This document shows positions 8,152 to 17,800 of a stretch of 64,000 nucleotides of DNA, in pieces. The notes beneath the pieces are model-generated. The model was not told where the DNA came from, searched no databases, and was given only the letters and a program-made list of their open reading frames with translations. The translations under genes were made by a program, and so were the position numbers. The stretch's first letter is position 1. Every line of letters starts with the position of its first letter. Source of the DNA: an uncultured virus (IMG/VR IMGVR_UViG_3300032334_001399) (taxonomy: Duplodnaviria; Heunggongvirae; Uroviricota; Caudoviricetes); the IMG/VR virus record IMGVR_UViG_3300032334_001399, one strand, 5' to 3'.

Positions 8152-10119
8152 ATGGTAGATAAAAATAAAGTACTTACAATAACGAGTACTTTTACTAAGA
8201 GTAATCTGCCTACCAAAGATATGAGCATTGATAGTATCATGATCGAAGGTTACGCAAGTACAGTCGATACTGATCGTCAAGGTGATATTGTACCAGCCAC
8301 GGTGTGGAAAAATGGTATGCAAAATTACTTGAAAAATCCAGTAATTTTAGCCTATCACGATCACAGCGAACCTGTTGGTAGAATGGTAGATCATAGAATT
8401 GACAGTAAGGGTTTGTGGATTAAAGCCAGAATTTCTGCAGCAGCAGGAGAAGTCTTTAATCTCATCAAAGACGGAGTACTTACTGCTTTTAGTATTGGTT
8501 TTCGTATCGCTGATGCGGAATATAATGCAGCTGAAGAGCTGTTTGTTGTTAAAGACTTGGAACTACATGAGATTTCAGTAGTGTCCGTACCTGCAAATCA
8601 AAACACACTGTTTAGTTTATCTAAGTCGTTTAAAACCGACGAAGAGCTTAAATCTTTTAAACTGCAATTTGCGCCTAAGCCGGAATCAGCTAAAGGGCTC
8701 GAGTCCACTATGGAAGCAAATAGCGACACTACAAAGGAATGGAACATGGATTCTAAAGAATTGGAAAAATTGCTTGCTGACACAGCTAAGCAAGCTGCTG
8801 CTGAAACAGCAAAAGCTATTGCTGAAACACAAGCCAAAGCTGCTGCTGAAAAAGCTGCTGCTGAGCGTGCACAAGCTGAGCTTGATGCTAAAGTCAAAGC
8901 TGCTGTTGCACAAGTGCAAACAGTGGACACAGGTGCTGAGCGCCTACTTGCAGAACTTGAAAAGCGCGTTGCTGATCAAGAGCAAACACACAAAGCTGCA
9001 CTAGAGGGCCTAGAGGCTTCACTACGTGAAAAAGCTAGCGAACTCGAGGCTATTAACAAGTCACGTATGCAGTTCCAGGACATCAAAGCAGGTGAAATGT
9101 CTTATGCAGACAAAGAAAAGGCTGTTTTCTTGTCAAAGATGGCTGGTAAATCAGTTGACGGCACAAAGTTTGGCCGTGATATGGTTCAAAAATACGGTCA
9201 GCACCTACCCTCAGCTACATGGGAACTAGAAGTTTCACTAAACATGGAACAAGAAGTTCGCCGTCGTTTAGTGATTGCGCCACTATTCCGTAACATTGCT
9301 ATGCAAACTAACGTAATGACCATTCCGGTCAACCCAGAAGCTGGTGTTGCTAGCTGGGTTACTAACGCACAGTTTGGTAGTTCAAATAGTGCTGGTGGTA
9401 CAACTGCTACTACTACATCAAACGTTGGTACACCTGGTTCAGGCAGCCCACACCTTATCAAAGAAATCACACTCAACGCATATAAAGTTGCTACCAACGA
9501 GTACACAGCTTATGAAGAAGAGGAAGATAGCCTTATCGCTATTATGCCTGTAATTCGTGATGCTATGGTTCGTCGCGTTAGTCGTGCTGTTGATCGCGCT
9601 TTCTTGCGTGGTGCTGGTAGCGGTAGCGATCCAGTTGCTGGTCTTACAACATATGACGCATCTGGTACTGTTACTACAGTTTCAGCTAGCAGCGGTACTG
9701 CTACAGTTGCTAACCTACGTGCACTTCGTAAAGGTCTTGGCGTTTGGGGTCTTGATCCAGCTGATGTTGTTTTTATCGTTAACAGCGATGTTTACTACAA
9801 CTTGCTTGAGGATTCAACCTTCCAAACAATGAACCAAGTTGGTCCACAAGCTACATTGCTAACTGGTCAAATCGGTCAAATCGGTAATAGCCCAGTTCTC
9901 GTCTCTGGCGAGTTTGCTGATCGTGCTAACACAGCGTTTGGCGCACTAGCTGTTGCTCCTAGTAACTTTATTGTTGGTAATCAGCGTGGCCTACGTATCG
10001 ACACACAAGAACTAGTCGAAACACAACGTCGTGTTATGGTTGCCAGCCTACGTACTGGTATGACTCGTGTTACTAGCAATCTTGGTAACGCCGTTGCTAC
10101 ACTCAAGTATACAACCTAA
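8152..10119 (+). CDS. Prohead protease fused in frame to the major capsid protein (internal start likely at 8746)
   Basis: N-terminal HK97-type protease (IEGYAS, DRQGD, YHDH, FSIGF, EISVVSVPAN), Ala/Glu/Lys-rich scaffold segment, then HK97-fold capsid domain. Confidence 0.92.
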   Translation: MVDKNKVLTITSTFTKSNLPTKDMSIDSIMIEGYASTVDTDRQGDIVPATVWKNGMQNYLKNPVILAYHDHSEPVGRMVDHRIDSKGLWIKARISAAAGEVFNLIKDGVLTAFSIGFRIADAEYNAAEELFVVKDLELHEISVVSVPANQNTLFSLSKSFKTDEELKSFKLQFAPKPESAKGLESTMEANSDTTKEWNMDSKELEKLLADTAKQAAAETAKAIAETQAKAAAEKAAAERAQAELDAKVKAAVAQVQTVDTGAERLLAELEKRVADQEQTHKAALEGLEASLREKASELEAINKSRMQFQDIKAGEMSYADKEKAVFLSKMAGKSVDGTKFGRDMVQKYGQHLPSATWELEVSLNMEQEVRRRLVIAPLFRNIAMQTNVMTIPVNPEAGVASWVTNAQFGSSNSAGGTTATTTSNVGTPGSGSPHLIKEITLNAYKVATNEYTAYEEEEDSLIAIMPVIRDAMVRRVSRAVDRAFLRGAGSGSDPVAGLTTYDASGTVTTVSASSGTATVANLRALRKGLGVWGLDPADVVFIVNSDVYYNLLEDSTFQTMNQVGPQATLLTGQIGQIGNSPVLVSGEFADRANTAFGALAVAPSNFIVGNQRGLRIDTQELVETQRRVMVASLRTGMTRVTSNLGNAVATLKYTT

Positions 10120-10131
10120 TCTGTTGTTTAC

Positions 10132-10161
10132 AAAAGACAGGGCTGAAAGGCCCTGTCTTTT
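10132..10161 (+). terminator. Rho-independent terminator after the capsid gene
   Basis: AAAAGACAGGGC-TGAAAG-GCCCTGTCTTTT. Confidence 0.8.
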
Positions 10162-10205
10162 AAATAGGCTTTAAGGAGCTTATTTAAAAGACAAACGAGG
10201 TAAAT

Positions 10206-10772
10206 ATGGGACTAAATTTAACAACACGGGCAGACTATAAAACTTATGCCGGAATTAAAAGTACCAATTACGATGCTGAGATTGATGCCCTTATTCCTCG
10301 CGTAAGTGATTTTGTAAAGCGTTATTGCGGCAGAACTTTTGTAGACTACTTTGTAGCCGCAAAAACTGAAATTTTTGACGGTGGTACCAGCCAGTTTATC
10401 TTAACGGAACCGCCAGTTAATAGTATTACTAGTGTATCTTATAGCCAAGACTATGGTCAAACTTGGACTTTGATGACACAATACGTAGACTGGATCAAAC
10501 GGGATGATACTGTAGTAAACTTAATCGGTTCAAAATTTCCAGTGTATTTACAAGGTTATAAGGTAATTTATACTGCTGGCTATGACGATACACCACAAGA
10601 TCTAGAGATGGGTATCATGGATTTAATTACCTACTATCGTAAAAACGATATGAGCGTACACAGTACAAAAGCACCAGGCACTAATAACGTACAAGTAGAA
10701 TATATTACTACTAGCCAACTACCAGCTCATATTCGTCGCGTCCTAGACCAATATAGGGCGGACTACACATGA
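10206..10772 (+). CDS. Head completion/head-tail adaptor (T5 p144-like)
   Basis: Directly after the capsid gene; RYCGRTF, VIYTAGY, LPAHIRRVLDQYR. Confidence 0.8.
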   Translation: MGLNLTTRADYKTYAGIKSTNYDAEIDALIPRVSDFVKRYCGRTFVDYFVAAKTEIFDGGTSQFILTEPPVNSITSVSYSQDYGQTWTLMTQYVDWIKRDDTVVNLIGSKFPVYLQGYKVIYTAGYDDTPQDLEMGIMDLITYYRKNDMSVHSTKAPGTNNVQVEYITTSQLPAHIRRVLDQYRADYT

Positions 10773-12118
10773 GTGTAGAAGATTTTAAGAATACTATTAA
10801 ATCACAGGCTTATCGTACTTGGTTTTCAAGAATTGAAGATTCTATTTTAAAACAGTCTGCCGGAGATTTACGTAGTAGCCAAGAGGTAGCAGGAAAAACT
10901 AGTTTTTATATTACAGAAAAAACTATTAGAGATATTGCGGAAAAGCTAAGTCAAAGCAGCATTAGTGATCAGCAAGTACAACAAATTAAAGGAAAAATTA
11001 AAGATTACTTTAACGGAAAACGAGTTAAAGAAATTAGCGAGCCTTATATAGATGGAAAAGGTTTGTATTTTCCTAGAGTTAGTTTTGATACTATTGGTAG
11101 AATATTAGAAACAGGTTTTGCAGACGTTAGTAATCCACAGAATAAAAGAGTTAGTGACTTTTTTCAACGTGGTCATGTATACGGTATTGCCACTAAAACC
11201 CTAGAACAAAGTATTGAAAAACTTACTAGTAATAAGACGATAGAACCTAAAGCTAAACAGCTGTTGCTAGGTGTACTAAATGATATGTTTGTTAGACTAG
11301 AAAAAGAAGATCTAGCTACTAGTAATTTAGGCGAAACAACTGCTAGTCTTTACGCTAAATATAAAAAGCGCAAATATAGTTATTTAGTGGAAATGCAGCT
11401 TAAAGTAGACAACCAAAAAGCTGGTAGAGAAGCTGCACCATTAATAAATGCTATTAGAAGGTACTTTGATCCTGATAAAATTCCTGCAAGTGAAAAACTG
11501 GGAATTAAGTTTCGTGAACAAGATAAGTTTTTTAAAGCCTTAATTGAAAGTCGAGGATCTCCTAGTTTACTGGACATGATTCAGGCTAGTATTGTAACGG
11601 CTTTTGAAGGTAAACCTCAAAAAACTAATGAAAGTTATAGTACTAATATGGTACTGGCTAATCAAAAAGCCATTAAGGTTAATAATAAGCAAGTTTCTGA
11701 TAAGATTAAAAAAGATAAACAAGCATTAAACAAATTACAAAAAGAAATTGAAGCTATTCCTACTAGACAACCTCAACAATTAGAGGAATCTTTTAACTTA
11801 ACTAGCTTACAAAATTTGTTAAATGCTCAGCTGGTTGAACGCATAAAAGAAAATATGGGCACTGGTGATCGTAAAGATATTTTAAACTTGCGTACTGGTA
11901 GATTTGCTGAAAGTGTTAAATTAGAGCGACTAAGTGAAAGTAGAGCAGGAATGATTACTGCATTTTATACTTATATGCGTAATCCTTATGGTACATTTAG
12001 CGAGGGCGGTCAACAACAGTCTCCTAGATCTAGAGATCCTAAGTTATTAATAAGCAAATCAATTAGGGAAATTGCTCAGACTAGAGTAGATAATAGATTA
12101 AGGGCAGTATTAGTATGA
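10769..12118 (+). CDS. Neck/tail completion protein (T5 p143-like, N-terminally extended)
   Basis: Synteny; C-terminal LNLRTGRFAESV...YMRNPY...RDPKLLISKSIREIA. Confidence 0.65.
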   Translation: MSVEDFKNTIKSQAYRTWFSRIEDSILKQSAGDLRSSQEVAGKTSFYITEKTIRDIAEKLSQSSISDQQVQQIKGKIKDYFNGKRVKEISEPYIDGKGLYFPRVSFDTIGRILETGFADVSNPQNKRVSDFFQRGHVYGIATKTLEQSIEKLTSNKTIEPKAKQLLLGVLNDMFVRLEKEDLATSNLGETTASLYAKYKKRKYSYLVEMQLKVDNQKAGREAAPLINAIRRYFDPDKIPASEKLGIKFREQDKFFKALIESRGSPSLLDMIQASIVTAFEGKPQKTNESYSTNMVLANQKAIKVNNKQVSDKIKKDKQALNKLQKEIEAIPTRQPQQLEESFNLTSLQNLLNAQLVERIKENMGTGDRKDILNLRTGRFAESVKLERLSESRAGMITAFYTYMRNPYGTFSEGGQQQSPRSRDPKLLISKSIREIAQTRVDNRLRAVLV

Positions 12119-12552
12119 GTAAGAGAACATCTATTATAAAAGCCCTTACTGAAAAACTTAACCTGATTAATGGCACAACTCCTTATCAGGTTAACCTATT
12201 TCAAAATGCCTATGCCAAGTTAAAATTCTGGGATGAAGTAGAGGATTTTCCTGCAGTTTACTTAACTCCAGGCACTGAAATGCGCGAGTATCATCCAGGA
12301 GGATTTGCTTGGGGATATTTAAATATTTGTGTAAAAGTTTATTGTCATGGCGAGTCTAGTAGTGAACAACTAGAAAAACTTTTAGAAGATGTAGAAACTT
12401 GTGTAGATGCAAATCGTCAAGTAGTCTATGATTCCGTAAAGGGTTATTCCACAACTGAAATATTAGTTCAGTCAATTACCACTGACGAGGGTCTCCTTGC
12501 TCCTTATGCAGTAGGTGAGATTAACTTGCAAGTCCGATACCAGGTCATGTAA
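12115..12552 (+). CDS. Tail terminator protein (T5 p142-like)
   Basis: 145 aa; KFWDEVEDFP, SITTDEGLLAPYAVGEI; precedes the tail tube gene. Confidence 0.8.
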   Translation: MSKRTSIIKALTEKLNLINGTTPYQVNLFQNAYAKLKFWDEVEDFPAVYLTPGTEMREYHPGGFAWGYLNICVKVYCHGESSSEQLEKLLEDVETCVDANRQVVYDSVKGYSTTEILVQSITTDEGLLAPYAVGEINLQVRYQVM

Positions 12553-12627
12553 GCAACCATGCTGGCGTACTAAAAACAGATAAATGTCTAGTTTATGTAC
12601 TAAAGCATTAACAAAAAGGAAATAAAA

Positions 12628-13836
12628 ATGGCATTTAATCTAATTCGTAACGCCAGGGTATTCTTTACTAGAAAGGTAGATACTTATGGCGTTGTAACAA
12701 CCGGCGTAGGTACTGGAATTGACTTTAGTACTGCTGAGACCTTTGAAATTCAAGTTCTAGATGGACTAGCTTTTAGTCAAAATACTACTACAGAAACAGT
12801 TACACTTAATGAAGCTGGTACTACACCTAATCGTGGTCAGCGTAACTTTAATACAGCACTAGAGCCAGTAGACTTTAGCTTTAGTACTTATATTCGCCCA
12901 GCTGATAGTCAAACTGCAGTTGGTACTACTATTGCAGACGCTGAAGAAAAAATTCTGTGGAATGCAATGTTTGGTTATGGAGATATTGGTGCTACAGGAG
13001 CGGCTTGGACTGCTGCTAGTAGTGGTACTACTACTTCTGGACCAGCAACTGTTTCACTTGCTAATTCTGGCCGAAATCAGTTATTGCCTTTTGGTATGAT
13101 TATCTGTATGGATGATGCAACCTTTGTGATTGATAACTGTGTTATGGATTCCGCCACAATGGATTTTGGCCTAGATACAATTGCCACAATTCAGTGGGCA
13201 GGTAAAGCCAGCGCAATTCGTCAATTTGATAAAACTACATTAACAGACTCAGCAACTAAAGTAACAGCTAGTGCTAGTGGTACTAGTAACACCCTATTTA
13301 TTGGTGAATCAAGCGTAAAGAATACAAAAGCTGCTTATTTAGCTAATAAACTAAGTAGTTTAACACTATTTGAAGATATTAGTGGTAGTACTACTAGCTA
13401 CAGTATTGCATTAACTGGTGGTTCGCTTACACTAGCAAACAATGTAACCTATTTAACACCTAGTAACTTGGGTGTTGTTAATAAGCCTATTACATACTTT
13501 ACTGGAACACGTGCTATTACTGGTTCAATTAATGCTTATTTGCGTACTGGTACTGGTAGTGCTACTGCACTTTTAAATAGTATTCTAACAAAGAGTATTA
13601 CTGATGTTAACCCATCATTTAATGTTAAGTTAAGTATTGGTGGCAGCGCTACAACATCTACGCGTGTTGATCTAGTAATGCCAGCTTGTGTGTTACAAGT
13701 TCCAACAGTAGCAACTGAACAAGTTATTAGTACAACTATTGGCTTTACAGCTCAAGGTTATACAAGTGGTGCGTTTGATATTGGTTCTAATAACGAAATT
13801 GAAATCAGATATTACGTTGCTGATTCAGTAGTTTAA
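12628..13836 (+). CDS. Major tail tube protein (T5 pb6-like)
   Basis: LIRNARVF, VTLNEAGTTPNRGQRNFNTALEPVDFSFSTYIRP resemble pb6; SD AAGGA. Confidence 0.9.
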   Translation: MAFNLIRNARVFFTRKVDTYGVVTTGVGTGIDFSTAETFEIQVLDGLAFSQNTTTETVTLNEAGTTPNRGQRNFNTALEPVDFSFSTYIRPADSQTAVGTTIADAEEKILWNAMFGYGDIGATGAAWTAASSGTTTSGPATVSLANSGRNQLLPFGMIICMDDATFVIDNCVMDSATMDFGLDTIATIQWAGKASAIRQFDKTTLTDSATKVTASASGTSNTLFIGESSVKNTKAAYLANKLSSLTLFEDISGSTTSYSIALTGGSLTLANNVTYLTPSNLGVVNKPITYFTGTRAITGSINAYLRTGTGSATALLNSILTKSITDVNPSFNVKLSIGGSATTSTRVDLVMPACVLQVPTVATEQVISTTIGFTAQGYTSGAFDIGSNNEIEIRYYVADSVV

Positions 13837-13854
13837 TTAAACACTAAAATAAAC

Positions 13855-13880
13855 GCCGGGCACTAGTGCCCGGCACTTTT
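13855..13880 (+). terminator. Terminator-like hairpin (perfect 20-bp palindrome)
   Basis: GCCGGGCACTAGTGCCCGGC followed by ACTTTT. Confidence 0.65.
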
Positions 13881-13897
13881 AAAAATAACAGGTACTT

Positions 13898-14308
13898 ATG
13901 TCAACATTTTCTTTAAAAACCCTACTAGTTCCTTCAAAGCCGCTTGAAGTCGAGTATCCCGGAATGCCTGATTTTAAAATTCAGATTGCATTTTTATCTC
14001 GTGAAACTCTGCAAACAATTCGCAAAAAATCAACAAAAACCGTATTTAAAAATCGTCAACCTGTTGAAGAAATGAATGACGATCTTTTCCTAGAATTATA
14101 TGTCAAGGCCAGCGTAAAAGGTTGGACTGGACTTAAACTCAAGTATCTAGAGCAACTAGCACCTGTAGATCTTAGTGGTCAAGATGCAGATGCAGAACTT
14201 GAGTACAACGAAGAAAATGCACTGCAACTAATGAAAAGTTCCAGTAACTTTGACGCATTTATTAGCGAACAGGTAACAGACTTGGGAAACTTTTCTACGA
14301 GCAAGTAA
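13898..14308 (+). CDS. Tail assembly chaperone (gpG-like)
   Basis: Between tail tube and tape measure; VKGWTGL motif; ends over a slippery heptamer. Confidence 0.85.
   Translation: MSTFSLKTLLVPSKPLEVEYPGMPDFKIQIAFLSRETLQTIRKKSTKTVFKNRQPVEEMNDDLFLELYVKASVKGWTGLKLKYLEQLAPVDLSGQDADAELEYNEENALQLMKSSSNFDAFISEQVTDLGNFSTSK
14284..14290 (+). other. Programmed -1 ribosomal frameshift site G GGA AAC (tail chaperone G/GT)
   Basis: X XXY YYZ heptamer in the correct frame; the -1 frame is stop-free from 14284 into ORF 14359..14679. Confidence 0.85.
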
Positions 14309-14358
14309 ATAGTATAAATAGTAGTCTTAATATCTACTATCAAAATGCTGAACTTAGT

Positions 14359-14679
14359 ATGACTAAGGATAAGTATTTTGAAATGTGTGAAATGATGGGT
14401 TCTGAACCCGTTGATTCAGAAATACCTATTGAAATAGAAGATTTTCCAGAGTTAGTAATACAGTGTTTTTTAATTTATAGAATACTGCCCGATATATGGG
14501 ATACTATGAATGGTAGCTATCTAGGTAAAGACTACAGTTTAGTATTTAATTTATTTAAGTTATACGGCCTAGATGAATCTGAGCACTTGCTTTCAATCAA
14601 TTTTTTACAAGAAATGGACACTTGTAGAGGTAAAGTTATTGCTGAAAAAATAAAAGCAAAAATGGACAAAAAGCCCTAG
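14359..14679 (+). CDS. Tail assembly chaperone C-terminal part (gpT-like; probably made as a roughly 260-aa fusion)
   Basis: In the -1 frame of the upstream chaperone; no clear SD. Confidence 0.8.
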   Translation: MTKDKYFEMCEMMGSEPVDSEIPIEIEDFPELVIQCFLIYRILPDIWDTMNGSYLGKDYSLVFNLFKLYGLDESEHLLSINFLQEMDTCRGKVIAEKIKAKMDKKP

Positions 14680-14703
14680 CAGATTTTCTGCCGGGGCTTT
14701 TTT
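14668..14703 (+). terminator. Rho-independent terminator
   Basis: AAAAAGCCC-TAGCAG-ATTTT-CTGCCG-GGGCTTTTTT. Confidence 0.8.
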
Positions 14704-14722
14704 ATTGCTGTAAATTTTATAG

Positions 14723-14751
14723 TTGACAAGTTGTTGCCCCTGTGTTATAAT
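14723..14751 (+). promoter_or_regulatory. Consensus sigma70-like promoter for the tape measure operon
   Basis: TTGACA, 17 bp, TG-T-TATAAT. Confidence 0.85.
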
Positions 14752-14816
14752 CGTGTTTAAAGTAAAACTGCCTTAAAAATTTTTAAAAGCAGTAAAGGTC
14801 GCTATTAGGAGATATA

Positions 14817-17800
14817 ATGGCTACAGAGAATACTACAAACCATATTGTTAATGTTACTGATGAAGGTACTACCGACAAAGTAATTAAAAAAATTGGTACA
14901 TTACTTAGCAAAGTAGAAGCTGTTCAAGCAGCTGCTAGTAAAATTAATATGGGCTCTACTGCTCAGGCTACAACACAAACATCTACACCTAAAGGATACT
15001 CTGCAGCTTCTGCATCTATTCCTAGTAGTGGAACTGCAGGTTCTAGAGCCGCTGCACAATCAGCAAAACCTAGTGGTATGGAAACACAGCAGTATAATGC
15101 TCTTCGTGGAACTGCTGGAGTAACTGGCGCCAGTGCTAGAGATTTTGCTAAACAATCAGAAGGTATGGGCGGATTAGTTCGTTTGTATGCTACTTTTGCT
15201 GCTAATTTATACGCTGTAACTGCTGCTTTTAATGGCTTAAAAACGGCAATGGACACTACTAATATGATCCGTGGCTTAGATCAGCTTGGAGCAAGTAGTG
15301 GTGTTGCTTTAGGTAGTTTAAGTAAACAACTATTAGAAGTAACGCAAGGTGCGCTTAGCATGCGTGAAAGCATGAAAGTAACTGCACAAGTTACTAGTGC
15401 TGGCTTAGGTTCACAAGCTGTTCTTAAACTTGGTGAAGCAGGCACAAAAATTGCACAAGCACTAGGCTTAGATGCAGCAGACTCAATTACCAGACTAACC
15501 AGAGCAGTTACTAAGCTAGAGCCAGAACTCTTAGACGAATTAGGTATATTTGTAAAAATTGATGATGTTGTACAAAAATACGCACTTAGCGTAGGCAAAA
15601 CTTCAGCACAAGTAACTGAGTTTGAACGTCGTCAAGCATTTTTAAATGCTGTAATAGATCAAAGTAAAAGTAAATTTGGCGATATTGCTGTTGACGTAAA
15701 TCCTTATAATCAGCTAGCAGCATCCTTAGCTAATGTGGGGCAAAAAATTGCTGAAGTTATAAATACTGCCATTGGCCCCCTTGTATCACTACTAGCAAGT
15801 AGTCCTACAGCACTATATACAACTGTAGCAGCTATTAGTGCACTTTTAGTTAAACAAGCAGTTCCTGCTATAGGTGATTTTAGAAATAGCTTAAGAGCAA
15901 GTGTTGCAGAAGCCGCTGACTTTGCTAAAAGAAAGGCTGAAGATGCTGTTGCGGCTGAAGCTGCTCGTGCTAAACAAATTGAAGATAAGGTTAGAAGCAG
16001 TGCAGATAAACAAGTTAAAATAGTTGAAGATGCAGAAGCAAAAATAGATGCATTAAAAGATCCTGCTAAAAAGAAAGGTGGTTTACTTGCAAAAGTTGCA
16101 AAAGCAGATGCCGGAGAAATTGAGGATAAAGGTTATATTCAAAAATTGCGAGATAAGGCTGCCGCAGAAGAAAAGAAAGGTAGAACTGAGTCTGCACAAT
16201 CTCACAGAGAGTATGCTACTGCTTTAGAAGGTCACGTTGCTGCCGAAAAAGAATTATTTCGTGTACAAGCAGAGGCAAGAGCAGCCGCAGAAAAAGATCC
16301 TAGTTTACTGAGTACTCGTGGACAGGCAATAAAATCTTCGTTAGATTCTCAACTTCAGCTAACTAAAGCTAATATTATTGCTAATGCAGGATATGCTGGT
16401 AGTATTGATTCTTTAAGTGGAGCTTGGTCTGGTTTAAAGAAAGAAATCAAAGATGCAAATCTTACAGGATTTACAAAAGCTACTACAACTTTGCAGGGTG
16501 GTTTTGCCATTTTAACAGGAAAAATTAGTACTGCAGTTAGTGCTTTTGGAACCTGGGGTGCAGCATTAGCTGCAGGCATAGAAATTGCTGCACTATTAAG
16601 TAGTTGGATTAGTAAAAATTATCAAGAAATGGTTAAGTTTGATCAGTCAATGGATCAGCTAAAAGCTACTACTAAAAATACTGCTGCTGTACTAGAAAAA
16701 TTTAGTCAAATAGATCCATTAGGAAAACTTGCCGTTACTTCTACTCTAGCAAGAGCAACTGCTCTTAATGAATTAACACAGGGAGTTGAAAAAACTATTG
16801 ATGCATTACTAACGGTAGATAAAGCTAGTAATGCTTGGGATAGATTCTGGGATGGTGCATTTAGTGTTGTTGGTAAAGATTTAAAGAGTACTAATTCTAG
16901 AGAAATAGGTGTTGCAATTGCAGAAAGCATTGCACTTGCAGATACTGGTCCAGCAAAAGACGCCTATATTGCAAAAATTAAAGAAATTACTGGTGGCAAG
17001 GGTACTACCGCCGCTGGTTTTGTTGAATTTGCAGATACTAGTAATGCTGATAAATACAAAGATGCAGTTAAAAAAATCACAGAAGCCCAAAAAGATTTTA
17101 ATAAATCACAACAAGAAAGTGCTTCCAGACTGCAAGCAGTACAAGATAGTTTTAAAAACACTAATAAAGCTTATAGTGAATTAGCGCAATCTCTTAGTGG
17201 TAGTACACCTCTATCAAAATTTGCTGAACAAATTCAAACTAGCGCATTTACCTTAACTGACTCTTTAAAAAGTCCTGAACAATCAATTAAAACAATTATT
17301 GGCTTATTAAATAATCCAACTGAAGCCGGATTTTTATCCAAGGAGTCTTATGACAGGCTAATGGCTTCTAGTGAGGAAATAAGGAATGTTTATAAAGAAA
17401 TTCAATTTCAAGAAGCTACTATTCGTGAAAAACAAGCAAAGCTAGCAGATCCAAGCATTGGTGGAGTAGAAAGAGCAGACATTCAAGATGTTATTAAGCG
17501 CGCTGAAGAGCAAATAAGAAAATTACAGGCCAGTGCAGTAACAATAGCTAGTCCTATAGTCAAAGCATTAAGTGAGGATAATTTTAGAATAGCTGGGCAG
17601 GCACTTGCTCAAGAAACAGCAGCATCACTTAACAAAGCCTCAGAAACTATTAGAAAGTCTTATGGTAGCTTATTTACTGGTGAGCGAGCTGTTAGTTTTG
17701 AACAAGATATAGCTAAAAAAGATTTAGCTGTAAAAGTGCAGGGTATAGAAACAACGCTAGAATTAATTAAATCAAATATTGAATTAAAACTAGCAATTGA

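Noticed and set aside
8399..9832. Alternative-frame and antisense ORFs within the capsid gene (likewise within tape measure, fibre and RNR genes)
   Set aside because: Low-complexity products of biased codon usage with no SD or family motifs
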